Counted from the stretch's first letter, positions 39,684-49,137 are shown. The stretch: DNA of 64,000 bases from an uncultured virus (IMG/VR IMGVR_UViG_2808606498_000012) (IMGVR_UViG_2808606498_000012), one strand, 5' to 3'. Program-made: numbers and translations. The notes: a model not told the origin generated them from the sequence alone.

Positions 39684-40031
39684 TCAGCTCCGGAGGGACA
39701 CGGACAGCGTGCCTGCCGCTTCACGGCGCGGGCCGTCCACGCGGTCGGCCTCGATGTCGATCACGGGCTTGCCATCCGCGTCGATCCAGAACCGCACCGA
39801 GGCGATGCGGATACGCGGCTCCCAGCGCACCAGCGCCGACACGGCGGCGGACATGGTGCGCAGGCGGGTTGCCGGGTTCAACGGCTGATCGATCAAGTCG
39901 GGGACCTGGCTGCCGTAGTCGCGGCGCATCACGCGCGAGCCGATCGGCGTGGAGAGGATGTCGCGCACCGACTGCACCACATGCGGCAGGTCGGCAAGCG
40001 CGCGCCCGGTGGCGTTGTTCATGCCGGTCAC
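39684..40031 (-). CDS. P2 baseplate W (other copy)
   Basis: Near-identical to 38248-38595. Confidence 0.93.
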   Translation of the reverse strand: MTGMNNATGRALADLPHVVQSVRDILSTPIGSRVMRRDYGSQVPDLIDQPLNPATRLRTMSAAVSALVRWEPRIRIASVRFWIDADGKPVIDIEADRVDGPRREAAGTLSVSLRS

Positions 40032-40777
40032 CGCGTGCCCTCCGTCCAGTCGCCGCCGTGCTGCACGCCGCCGTGGTCGTGCTTGTCCAGGACTACGCCG
40101 TTGGACGACAGCTGGCCGCCCTCGTGCGTCAGGCTGCCGGTGATCGTGTTGCCGTTCTCGCCGCCCTGGCCGGCGATGCCGTTCTCATACGCGAACCGGC
40201 CTTTGACCGTGACATTGCCGTCGAAAACGGTGTCCGGCGCCTTCACCAGCACGTTCGCGGCGGCTTCCAGGAACACCGTCTTGACGCCCTGCACGCTCAG
40301 CAGGCCGGCGGCGTGGTCGTAGCTGGTGAGCGCGCCATCCGGGTACAGCGTGACAGTCAGGTTGGGGTCGTTGCTCGGAACGTCGTTGTCGTCGGTCGGG
40401 ATGCCGCACAGGATGACAGCGTTGGCCGGGTCGCCGCTGGGGCAGAACAGCAGCACCTGCTCGCCCACGGTCGGCGGGTTCCAGGTGCGCGTCGTGCCGG
40501 CGCGGCGTTCGGCCCAGGGGCGCCAGGTGGTGGTGAGGCCACCNNNNNNNNNNNNNNNNNNNNNNNNNNNNNNNNNNNNNNNNNNNNNNNNNNNNNNNNN
40601 NNNNNNNNNNNNNNNNNNNNNNNNNNNNNNNNNNNNNNNNNNNGCCCAGGGGCGCCAGGTGGTGGTGAGGCCACCGGTGCGCACGCGCACGGCCGGCGGC
40701 CTGGTGTGGCGAATCTCGGCGATGGTGCCGATGCGTAGAAGGTTTTCGAGAAGGCGGGCGAGGTCTGCGGTGTCCAT
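40028..40777 (-). CDS. P2 baseplate spike V (gapped)
   Basis: MDTADLARLLENLLRIGTIAEI; C-terminal HDH metal site. Confidence 0.92.
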   Translation of the reverse strand: MDTADLARLLENLLRIGTIAEIRHTRPPAVRVRTGGLTTTWRPWXXXXXXXXXXXXXXXXXXXXXXXXXXXXXXXXXXGGLTTTWRPWAERRAGTTRTWNPPTVGEQVLLFCPSGDPANAVILCGIPTDDNDVPSNDPNLTVTLYPDGALTSYDHAAGLLSVQGVKTVFLEAAANVLVKAPDTVFDGNVTVKGRFAYENGIAGQGGENGNTITGSLTHEGGQLSSNGVVLDKHDHGGVQHGGDWTEGTR

Positions 40778-40820
40778 GACCGCAGAGTGCCGGGTGCACG
40801 TAAGTGGTGCATCTACTGTG

Positions 40821-40845
40821 TGTTGTGTAGGTGCGCGTTACAACA
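40821..40845. promoter_or_regulatory. Late-promoter activator box (pV equivalent)
   Basis: TGTTGT-N13-ACAACA upstream of V. Confidence 0.72.
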
Positions 40846-41077
40846 GCTTCCCGTTTTATCGTTTGGGGGGTATACCCGGAGGGAAGATAATCCGATTTAC
40901 CTTGAAATACCAGTTTTGGGGCTCTACACAGAATTATGCGGTAAGGGATTGCCTGGATGAGGGAAACCATTTTTCCCCGATCGAGACCGGACGTGCAAGT
41001 TGGCGTCCTGACGTCACAAAATAACTAATCCACGCCGAAATTTTGCGATTTCTGCCAAAACAGAAAAAGGGGGGGTG

Positions 41078-42100
41078 ATGAGTGAGAATACGATATCAGA
41101 AGGCAGCGATAATCCAAGCGAATTTAAATTGCAGGCAGAAGCGTCGGGCGCTGTGGTTAGTCTGCAAGTTTGGCAAGATATTTGGTATAGACTCACTGGA
41201 AAGGTTGAAGAAATTTCAAAATGCTGGTCCGACCCATTTCAAGTGAGGCTAAATCACCTTCAGGCTTTGCACAAGCGACTTGAGCAAACTTGCGAGCAAT
41301 ACGTTATTACCGGAGCCAATGTTTCGATAGTCGTGTTTTTTTCGGATGATCGATCGGAGCAATTCACGTCTTGGCAGAAATTCAACACCCTCATATCGTC
41401 CAATGTTGTTCCGGTAGAAAGCATTCACCTTGCTTACAATTTTTTGGTTACCCCTCCAAAGGTCCAAGAACCACAATCTTACTCAATTTCCTTGCGTGTC
41501 GCCTCCAGAGTTTCGGTTATAAAAAAGCTTCGAAGTGAATCATTTATTTTTGGTCGAATTCCATTAATCGTAAGGCAGATTGGCTGCCAAACGGCAGAGG
41601 CGAAAATTAAGTATGCTGATTACGTTATAGCGCGCACGATGTTGCATGCTATTGATGAGTGGGCGAAATCTCTTCCTTGTGCTTCTGAGTCGAAGGCCCT
41701 GCGCTGGATAAGGCAGAAAAGCCACGCCGCCCCAGCAATATTCAGGTATTTTCTGGCTGCAATTTGTCTTGTGGCCTCGATAGAAGCAATTCCACTAATT
41801 TTCGCACAGGATGCGACCATTCCAAGGTTGGCTTATTTCCTCATCGGAGCTTTTGGTTGCATCTTCACTGGTTACAAAATTGGGCACCACGTCGGACGAA
41901 GAGTTGAGGATGCAATGAATATATATTGCTCATTGTCTTATATTGAACTGACCGATGGAGACACCAAAGTAATATTAGAGGCAAAAACAATAAATAATAG
42001 ATCATTGCTTATTTCATGGTGCGGAACGATTGCAACGCTGATTTTGTCAACTTTCTCCAAATTTTGCGCGGGGTGGCTGCTTCACTTGGTTGTGAGGTAA
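41078..42100 (+). CDS. Low-GC moron: soluble N-domain plus about 3 C-terminal TM helices, function unknown
   Basis: 340-aa AT-rich ORF opposite to late genes. Confidence 0.8.
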   Translation: MSENTISEGSDNPSEFKLQAEASGAVVSLQVWQDIWYRLTGKVEEISKCWSDPFQVRLNHLQALHKRLEQTCEQYVITGANVSIVVFFSDDRSEQFTSWQKFNTLISSNVVPVESIHLAYNFLVTPPKVQEPQSYSISLRVASRVSVIKKLRSESFIFGRIPLIVRQIGCQTAEAKIKYADYVIARTMLHAIDEWAKSLPCASESKALRWIRQKSHAAPAIFRYFLAAICLVASIEAIPLIFAQDATIPRLAYFLIGAFGCIFTGYKIGHHVGRRVEDAMNIYCSLSYIELTDGDTKVILEAKTINNRSLLISWCGTIATLILSTFSKFCAGWLLHLVVR

Positions 42101-42186
42101 ATTTAAATTTACATGTGGAATGCTAGTTTAGCGCGCGGCAAGATGCACAAAAGTGAGATGGCCTTCTATTAAGTATCCACTGAATA

Positions 42187-42846
42187 ATGTTAACCGCCAT
42201 GCAATCGATGTATCAGTACTTCTCCGCCGAACACGGAAGCGCATTTAATTGCGCGTTGCCTGAGCTTCGCCAGAGCATCGCGAGTATTCGGTTCGTCGAG
42301 CGAGAGCGAGAATGCGATCACGGCGTCGCCGGCAATACGTTCCGCGCCTACGTGGGCGGGGCCAACCCTCCCAGCGTCATCTACCGCCAGTGGGCCAAGC
42401 GCGTGTGTGAGCAACTTGACCCACAGGTTCAGGTTCTTGCTCACCAACTAAGCACTGCGGAAGGTTTTCGTGCATGGCACACGTCACTCGCGGACTCCTT
42501 GCAGGCGCACTGGGTGAGTCACCAAAGGCTTCAGTTGTCCTTCGCCCACCAGCACAAGCTTATCGATCTGTTCGTCAAGTGGCTGAGCCGTTACGATTTT
42601 GGCTGTCAACAACTATCAGAGTCCTTCATCTCCCATGCCAATTGCGCCCTAGATAGCCAAACGTTGGGCAAGTTGAACGAGTGCCTTTCCATGGCTCTGC
42701 CGCTATCCAAGCCTTCAATGGGACATATTCATTCAGAGAAAACGTATGCGTTTTGCCAGAGTCTTATTGAAAGCTTCTCCATTCACTACGGAGGTACTCG
42801 TCTTCTTTTCGACTACTTTGCGTGGCGACCTGGTGGTGGTCGCTAA
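42187..42846 (+). CDS. Moron, helical protein of unknown function
   Basis: 219-aa ORF; HQHKLIDLFVKWL..HANCALDS..Y..CQ..FDYFAW. Confidence 0.75.
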   Translation: MLTAMQSMYQYFSAEHGSAFNCALPELRQSIASIRFVERERECDHGVAGNTFRAYVGGANPPSVIYRQWAKRVCEQLDPQVQVLAHQLSTAEGFRAWHTSLADSLQAHWVSHQRLQLSFAHQHKLIDLFVKWLSRYDFGCQQLSESFISHANCALDSQTLGKLNECLSMALPLSKPSMGHIHSEKTYAFCQSLIESFSIHYGGTRLLFDYFAWRPGGGR

Positions 42847-43173
42847 CCCTTCTCGACGCCGCCGGCGTGCCGCTGTGATTTTCTCGCCCAATGTGGTCCC
42901 GAAACATTGATGTAATCGGGCCCCGCGATTTATGTTGCCGGGCAAATCTGTTGTTTAATGGTATACGCAAACGAGGATGCTGAGCCATCACCTTGAAATT
43001 GCAGCACCTTGGTTCTGAACACAAATTGTGTGCCGCAAGTCAATCGTCGGAGTGCTGATTTTGCTTAATTAAGTACCCGATCCACCCAACACAGAACTAT
43101 CATAAGTATAGATTTAAAAAACAAGGATTGGATGCAATTAATGTAATTTCAATTGCCATTGAATGTCGCGGGG

Positions 43174-43593
43174 ATGAATATGGATAATCTGGAAATGCCT
43201 GAAAAAATATTCCTAAAAGACGGGGGCGTCATGGTAAGCAATGCTCGCTTTGTTTTTAATGCGGACACAGTGGCGATGGGGGCAGTTAACTCGCTCTCCG
43301 TTCGGTCGATGGACTTAACGCCATCAAATACTTTTCCGGTTCTACTGTGTATTGTTAGCTCTGTTTATGCTTTGATTGCAATTTTTTTTTCTGATTCGCC
43401 AACAAATGCCGTGATTGGTGTTATGGTGTTGGTAATTGGCATCCTGTGGTGGCGATCCATCAAGGAGAGAATAATGTTCACAATTTATTTGACAACATCT
43501 TCGGGCGAATTGAAGACATTCGAAAGCTTCGATGAGAACGCAGTGCGTAGGGTGGAAAAAGCTCTCACGGATTCAATCGTGTATCGTGGTTGA
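43174..43593 (+). CDS. Low-GC moron, 2-TM DUF6232-like membrane protein
   Basis: VMVSNARFVF..two TM..LTTSSGE..ALTDSIVYRG. Confidence 0.75.
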   Translation: MNMDNLEMPEKIFLKDGGVMVSNARFVFNADTVAMGAVNSLSVRSMDLTPSNTFPVLLCIVSSVYALIAIFFSDSPTNAVIGVMVLVIGILWWRSIKERIMFTIYLTTSSGELKTFESFDENAVRRVEKALTDSIVYRG

Positions 43594-44043
43594 AGGGGAA
43601 AGGGATAGGTGCCGAAGAACTACGTCTGTAATGCATTCCACATCGCTTTGATCTAAGCCCATCAGTTCCCGCGCCGGGTACTGGGCGGTCAGCCCGGACT
43701 TGTTGACCCGATCGCGCAGGCCGAAGTGGTGGACAGCGGCAATGCGCCGAGCCTTGTTCACGAAAGTCACCACGGCGGTGTTCGCATCGGCCTCGGCCTT
43801 CATATACCGCGCCATCCGCAGCCGAGCAAACATCGCCCGCCGGATGTGGCCCTTGCGGTGCCGCAGTTGCGGCTTGCGAGGAGCATAGAGCGAGCCGTCC
43901 GGGTTGCGCTGCTCGGCAATACGCGCAGCTTGGCGCCTGCGCAGCTCGACGGCCACGGCCCGTGCCAGCACTCGCCGGGCCGGCGTATCCATCCTGGTCA
44001 GCATTCCCGCCAGCCAGGCCTCCAGCTCGCGAAACTCGCTCAA
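43573..44043 (-). CDS. P2 tail completion/virion morphogenesis protein S
   Basis: RIAEQRNPDGS..RIAAVHHFGLRDRV..YPARELMG. Confidence 0.92.
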   Translation of the reverse strand: MSEFRELEAWLAGMLTRMDTPARRVLARAVAVELRRRQAARIAEQRNPDGSLYAPRKPQLRHRKGHIRRAMFARLRMARYMKAEADANTAVVTFVNKARRIAAVHHFGLRDRVNKSGLTAQYPARELMGLDQSDVECITDVVLRHLSLSPSTTIHD

Positions 44044-44474
44044 TTCGGCCTCCAGCTTGCCGGGTCGTCGGCATCGTTGACCGGCTCAGGGTGGTGTTCC
44101 ACCTGGTAGCCGGTCCCGACCGGCTTTACTGTGACCCGCTCGGTCAATTGCAGTTTGATCGCCATGTCGACCGTGCAGTGGTTCAGGATGTCAGCCTCGA
44201 ACTTGAAGCCGTCGCGGCGCTTGTCGTCGTTGGTGAACAGCTCCGGTTGATTGAGCCGCAGCCAGGCCAGGACCGGCACAACGATGGTGTCCGCGTTGTC
44301 CGGGTAGTCGGTCACGATGGCTGTCAGGGTGTAGTGGTACTCGAAGGACAGGGAACGGGCGCCTGTGCCGACCACGCGCCCCTCGTCCACGAATACGTGC
44401 AACGCATCGGGATTGGCGGCCAGGTGGGGCACCGCTACCGTCAGCGCGTCGCGCAGGCTGGCGGGTTTCATCAT
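44040..44474 (-). CDS. P2 tail completion protein R
   Basis: MMKPASLRDAL..LHVFVDEG..SLSFEY..WLRLNQPEL..LQLTERV. Confidence 0.92.
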   Translation of the reverse strand: MMKPASLRDALTVAVPHLAANPDALHVFVDEGRVVGTGARSLSFEYHYTLTAIVTDYPDNADTIVVPVLAWLRLNQPELFTNDDKRRDGFKFEADILNHCTVDMAIKLQLTERVTVKPVGTGYQVEHHPEPVNDADDPASWRPN

Positions 44475-45087
44475 GCCGCCACCCGCCCTTCGGTCTGGTA
44501 GCGGGCAAAGGCGCGCGCCAGCTTCACGTCGTACAGGTTGTCCTTGTAAGACGGCCCGTTGTAGAGCGCGGCGAATGTGGACCACTTCCCGCCGGCAAGC
44601 GCTTTGTGCAATGCCGGATCGGCGGAAACGAACAGCACAAAGGCGTCGAGCTGCGCCCCCTCGCCGCTGGTCATGGCGTCTGCGAAGGCGTCCACGCTCG
44701 GATACACCAGCCGCTCCCAGTGGTATCCCATGACTTGAAACAGCCCCCAGCTCGCCGACGCAAGGGCGCAGTCGCGGTCGATGGCAATGGCCTGGGTCAG
44801 CCGCATGTGTTCGCCCGCTTTGCCCACATAGCCGCCGCGCTGCGGGCTGACGATGTTGGGGAACTGGCGGGCGAGCGCGTCCGCATCCCGGTCGGCCTGG
44901 CGCAATTGACGGTACATGATGTGCCGCTCGAACAGGATCACAGGGCGTCCGTCCGCCAGGAACCCGGCGCCCAGGCTCTCCACCTCGTTCACAGCACGCA
45001 CCGCAGCCACCGGCACGCCCAGCGTATCCGCTGCGCGCTGCAGGTCTGCCGCGGACAGGTGGCCCGGCTGGCGCGCGCCCGCACGCA
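44471..45087 (-). CDS. Endolysin, N-acetylmuramidase (DUF3380-like), partial
   Basis: EVESLGAGF..ILFERH..SASWGLFQVMGYH..YNGP. Confidence 0.9.
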
Positions 45088-45378
45088 NNNNNNNNNNNNN
45101 NNNNNNNNNNNNNNNNNNNNNNNNNNNNNNNNNNNNNNNNNNNNNNNNNNNNNNNNNNNNNNNNNNNNNNNNNNNNNNNNNNNNNNNGCTTGGGTCATCG
45201 TTGACATAGCCACTCCTTATTCGCGAGTCAGCCGAGGAGACTCCTCGGCTCAAGATGCTTTCGCAACCAGAACTTCTCAGATTATGACAGGAGCGGCCAA
45301 AAATGGGCAATCATCGGAGCTACAGAGAACGGATTTCGATGTGGGGTGATTTTCAGACTTGTGAGCGATTACGGCGAT

Positions 45379-45846
45379 TTATTTTGCGAGGTGTGAAAGG
45401 GCGAGGTCAGCGATACGCTGGACGTCCGCCTCGTCAAGCCCCAGCAGCTCGCGTGCTGGGTATTGGGCGATGGCGCCGCTCTTGTTCACCCGGTCGCGCA
45501 AGCCGAAGTGGTGGACGGTGGCGATGCGCTGCGCGTTGCCTGCGAAGCTCACCACTGCAGTGTTGGCGTCGGTCTCCGTCTTCATGTAGCGGGCCAGCCG
45601 CAGACGCACGAACATAGCGCGGCGGATGCGGCCGACGCGGTGCCGCAGCTGCGGCTTGCGCGATACGTAGGGGCTACCGTCCGGGTTGCGCTGCTCGGCG
45701 ATGCGGGCAGCTTGGCGCCGGCGTNNNNNNNNNNNNNNNNNNNNNNNNNNNNNNNNNNNNNNNNNNNNNNNNNNNNNNNNNNNNNNNNNNNNNNNNNNNN
45801 NNNNNNNNNNNNNNNNNNNNNNNNGTGCGTCCAGCTTGGTCAGCAT
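45379..45846 (-). CDS. P2 protein S (other copy, gapped, 5'-shortened)
   Basis: Same motifs; normal start removed by a 30-bp deletion. Confidence 0.85.
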   Translation of the reverse strand: MLTKLDAXXXXXXXXXXXXXXXXXXXXXXXXXXXXXXXXXXRRRQAARIAEQRNPDGSPYVSRKPQLRHRVGRIRRAMFVRLRLARYMKTETDANTAVVSFAGNAQRIATVHHFGLRDRVNKSGAIAQYPARELLGLDEADVQRIADLALSHLAK

Positions 45847-46286
45847 CCCCGCCAGCCAGGCCTCCAGCTCGCCGAGTCGTCGGCATCGTTGACCGGCTCC
45901 GGGTGGTGCTCGACCTGGTAGCCGCCGCCAGCCGGCTTCACGGTTACGCGCTCGGTCAATTGCAGCTTGATCGACAGATCGACCGTGCAGTGGTTCAGGA
46001 TTTCAGCCTCGAAGCGGAACCCGTCGCGGCGCCGCTCGTCGTTGGCGAACAGGTCGGGTTGGTTCGTCCGCAACCAGGCCAGGACCGGGACGACGATGGT
46101 GTCCGAGCTGTCCGGGTAGTCGGTCACGATCAGCGTGAGTGTGTACTGGTACTCGAACGACAGCGAGCGGGCGCCGGTGCCGACCACGCGCCCCTCGTCC
46201 ACGAACACATGCAGCGCGTCGGGATTGGCGGCCAGGTGCGGCACGCTGGCCGTGAGCGCGTCGCGCAGGCTGGTGAGCTTCATCAT
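45840..46286 (-). CDS. P2 protein R (other copy)
   Basis: Paralogue of 44040-44474 with altered C-terminus. Confidence 0.9.
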   Translation of the reverse strand: MMKLTSLRDALTASVPHLAANPDALHVFVDEGRVVGTGARSLSFEYQYTLTLIVTDYPDSSDTIVVPVLAWLRTNQPDLFANDERRRDGFRFEAEILNHCTVDLSIKLQLTERVTVKPAGGGYQVEHHPEPVNDADDSASWRPGWRGC

Positions 46287-46783
46287 GGCGCGACACCCTC
46301 CCCGATAACGGTTACGCCCTGGTCGCGCAACAGCTGCTGCAGGGCAGTCAGTTGCGCGCTGTTGGCGTGGCTGTCGGTGTAGTTGTCGGCGACGGTGCCG
46401 GCGACAGTAGAGAGCGCAACGCCCGAGGGGGCCGCATCAGCATCGCCGGCACCTGGATCTGGCACTGCGCCGGCGGCGGCGGCGTCGTGCAGCCGCACAA
46501 AGCCGCGAGGAACAACGCAGGAAGCATCAGCCTGGATCGGGACATAGCGCGGAATCTCCTTGATGATGGTGTCGCCCTTCAGGCGGATCGTTTGCACGCG
46601 GTCCACGTACTGCGTGACGGTGACGGTGCTGCCCTGGGCGCCCTTGAGCTGTGTACGCAGATCGGCGGCGGTCCTCTCGGCGGTGTCGGCGCGATCGATG
46701 GCGGCGTCGTAGCTGTGCGCCAGCCACACGCCCAGGCCTGCGACGGCCGCCAGCACACACAGCACAGCGAACGCGCGGTTCAT
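46283..46783 (-). CDS. i-spanin (LysB/Rz-like)
   Basis: N-terminal TM, coiled coil, located after endolysin. Confidence 0.82.
   Translation of the reverse strand: MNRAFAVLCVLAAVAGLGVWLAHSYDAAIDRADTAERTAADLRTQLKGAQGSTVTVTQYVDRVQTIRLKGDTIIKEIPRYVPIQADASCVVPRGFVRLHDAAAAGAVPDPGAGDADAAPSGVALSTVAGTVADNYTDSHANSAQLTALQQLLRDQGVTVIGEGVAP
46348..46545 (-). CDS. o-spanin lipoprotein (Rz1-like) embedded in the i-spanin gene
   Basis: MSRSRLMLPALFLAALCGC lipobox, Pro-rich mature part, alternative frame. Confidence 0.75.
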   Translation of the reverse strand: MSRSRLMLPALFLAALCGCTTPPPPAQCQIQVPAMLMRPPRALRSLLSPAPSPTTTPTATPTARN

Positions 46784-47378
46784 GCGGCCTCCCGCTCTTC
46801 GGCCTGGTAGCGTGCGAAGGCGCGCGCCAGCTTCACGTCATACAGGTTGTCCTTGTAGGCTGGCCCGTTGTAGAGCGCGGCGAAGGCGGACCACTTCCCG
46901 CCCGTGAGCGCCTTGTGCAAGGCGGGGTCACTGGTGACGAACCGCACGAAGGCGTCGAGCTGCGCTCCCTCGCCGCTTTGCATGGCGTCCGCGAATGCCT
47001 GCACGCTCGGATACCCCAACCGCTCCCAGTGGTATCCCATGACTTGAAACAGCCCCCAGCTCGCCGACGCAAGGGCGCAATCGCGGTCGATGGCGATGGC
47101 CTGAGCGAGCCGCATGTGCTCCCCGGCCTTGCCCACGTAGCCGCCACGGCTCGGGTTGACGATGTTGGGATACCGGGCCGCGAGCGCGTCCGCATCCTGG
47201 TCGGCCTCGCGCAGCTGCCGGTACATGACGTGCCGCTCGAACAGGATCACGGGCCGTCCGTCCGGCAGGAACCCGCTCCCCCGGCTCTCAACCTCGTTGA
47301 CCGCGCGCACCGCCGCCAGGGGCACGCCCAGCGTACCCGCCGCGCGTTGCAGATCCGCCGCCGTCAGGTGCCCGGGCT
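46780..47378 (-). CDS. Endolysin (other copy), partial
   Basis: Paralogue of 44471-45087. Confidence 0.9.
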
Positions 47379-47478
47379 NNNNNNNNNNNNNNNNNNNNNN
47401 NNNNNNNNNNNNNNNNNNNNNNNNNNNNNNNNNNNNNNNNNNNNNNNNNNNNNNNNNNNNNNNNNNNNNNNNNNNNNN

Positions 47479-47775
47479 CAGGCGCACGAGCCAGGACGTG
47501 TCGCCGCCGCCCATGCGGAACAGCTCCACCACGTTACCGCGCACCGAAAAGACCGCCAGGCACAGGACGGCAGTGATGCCGTTTTGCGCCATCAGCGCCC
47601 AATCGAAGCGGCCGAACAGCACGCCGATCGGCACGGCGCCGGCCAGCACGATCAGGGCGTAGGCGAGCCGCGACGCCCACGGGCGGTGCGCCGCGCNNNN
47701 NNNNNNNNNNNNNNGCAGCAGACGCAGCGCGATCAGCGCGCACAGCACCGCCTGCACGATGAACAGGGCATTCAC
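47479..47775 (-). CDS. Holin-family membrane protein (gapped)
   Basis: 3 TM, HRPWASRLAY..RGNVVELFR; upstream of endolysin. Confidence 0.75.
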
Positions 47776-48339
47776 GGTTGGTTTCCTCCACGGTTGTCGC
47801 TGCTGCCACCCCGCAGGGCGGCCAACAGCTTGTCGCTGTTGTCGGCCGCGCGGATCAGCGCCAGCAGCAGCTTCACCACCACCGTGGAGGCCACCAGCGC
47901 GCCCACGGCCTCGCTGACTTCGGTGTTGGCGGGCAGCGCCCGGGCGATCAGNNNNNNNNNNNNNNNNNNNNNNNNNNNNNNNNNNNNNNNNNNNNNNNNN
48001 NNNNNNNNNNNNNNNNNNNNNNNNNNNNNNNNNNNNNNNNNNNNNNNNNNNGGCCACCAGCGCGCCCACGGCCTCGCTGACTTCGGTGTTGGCGGGCAGC
48101 GCCCGGGCGATCAGGGACGCGGCGAGCGGCGCCGACAGGACGCCCGCCACGATCGACAGCACGAGGAAGGACAGCTTCTTTGCGACCGTCAGTTCGCCCG
48201 AATTGAGCGCGAAGACGGCCGCGCCGGCGAAGGCGCCAAGCACAGTGCCCGGGTCCACGCCAGGCAGCAGGGAAACCGCGCCTACGCTGGTGACGGCAAC
48301 GGCGGCGGCGGACGTACCGGTTGCGATGGGTTCAGCCAT
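47772..48339 (-). CDS. Putative holin (gapped, overlapping contig ends)
   Basis: MAEPIATG..GTVLGAFAGAAVF, multiple TM. Confidence 0.78.
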
Positions 48340-48354
48340 ATGGATTCCTTGGGT

Positions 48355-48561
48355 TCAGTCCCACAGCTGCACCGTCTGCGCGGCCTGCCGCTGCGGGGAA
48401 ATGTCGGGCAGTACCAGCTCGGTCCCGTGCGGCAGGATGGGACCCAAGTCGGCGATGCCGGGGTTGGCGGCCAGCACGGCTTCCGTCACGCTCGCCGTGC
48501 GGCCGTACACCCGCCGGCAGATGGCGTCGATGGTGTCGCCCTGGATGGCCCGCACGCGCAT
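48355..48561 (-). CDS. P2 tail protein X (LysM-like)
   Basis: AIQGDTIDAICRRVYG..ANPGIADLGPILPHG..VQLWD. Confidence 0.93.
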   Translation of the reverse strand: MRVRAIQGDTIDAICRRVYGRTASVTEAVLAANPGIADLGPILPHGTELVLPDISPQRQAAQTVQLWD

Positions 48562-49040
48562 CAGATCAGCTCCACGGTGGTGCGCGCAGCGCCGGTGATG
48601 TCGCTGACTGCCCAGCGCGCATCGCGGCGCAGATCATCCACCGATGTGTTTTCCGCCTCGGCCTTGCGATCTCCCGCGGCGGTGGCGTCGAACGACCGGT
48701 ACCGCTCCATCAGCCAGGCCGCCGCCGTGCAGTGGACCGCGCGCAGGTAGCGGTGCACGTGGCGGCTCCGGCCGTCGATCCACTGCCCCGGCACTGCGCC
48801 CAGCTCCGTGAATCCGGCGGCGAGCTGCTGCGCCTTCCATGCCGCCAGCTCGTCGTTGACGAACAGCGCGGCGTCGACCAGCGCGGCGCGTAGGCGTTCG
48901 GGCGTGACTGTGCCGTCCAGGCGCATGGCGGCGCAGGCCTGGTCGACGTCGATGTCCGGGAAAAAGCCGTCGTTGCCGATCGGCTGCCCACCGGGTTGCG
49001 CCGGCGTCGGTACGGGTGCTGCTGCGATGAATGAGGACAT
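48561..49040 (-). CDS. P2 head completion protein L
   Basis: NDGFFPDID..RLDGTVTPERLR..RDARWAVSDI..TVELI. Confidence 0.92.
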   Translation of the reverse strand: MSSFIAAAPVPTPAQPGGQPIGNDGFFPDIDVDQACAAMRLDGTVTPERLRAALVDAALFVNDELAAWKAQQLAAGFTELGAVPGQWIDGRSRHVHRYLRAVHCTAAAWLMERYRSFDATAAGDRKAEAENTSVDDLRRDARWAVSDITGAARTTVELI

Positions 49041-49137
49041 GGTCTTGATGAGCTGGGAGGCGGTGGACGGGGCGACGATTCGCGGCACGCCGGAAGGTCG
49101 CCCCGTGCCGCCTCGATGCGCGGGGTCACGCTCGGTA

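Noticed and set aside
20194..40643. Tail-gene duplications as a diversity-generating or invertible system
   Set aside because: No reverse transcriptase, invertase or inverted crossover sites seen; pattern explained by two interleaved prophages
45230..45250. Perfect 10-bp inverted repeat AGCCGAGGAG-A-CTCCTCGGCT
   Set aside because: Single occurrence on a short contig-edge fragment; no context to assign a function
46651..48750. Long + strand ORFs antisense to phage genes (also 14592-16199, 31758-33470, 55839-57089)
   Set aside because: Shadow ORFs of high-GC coding sequence, some extended through N-gaps
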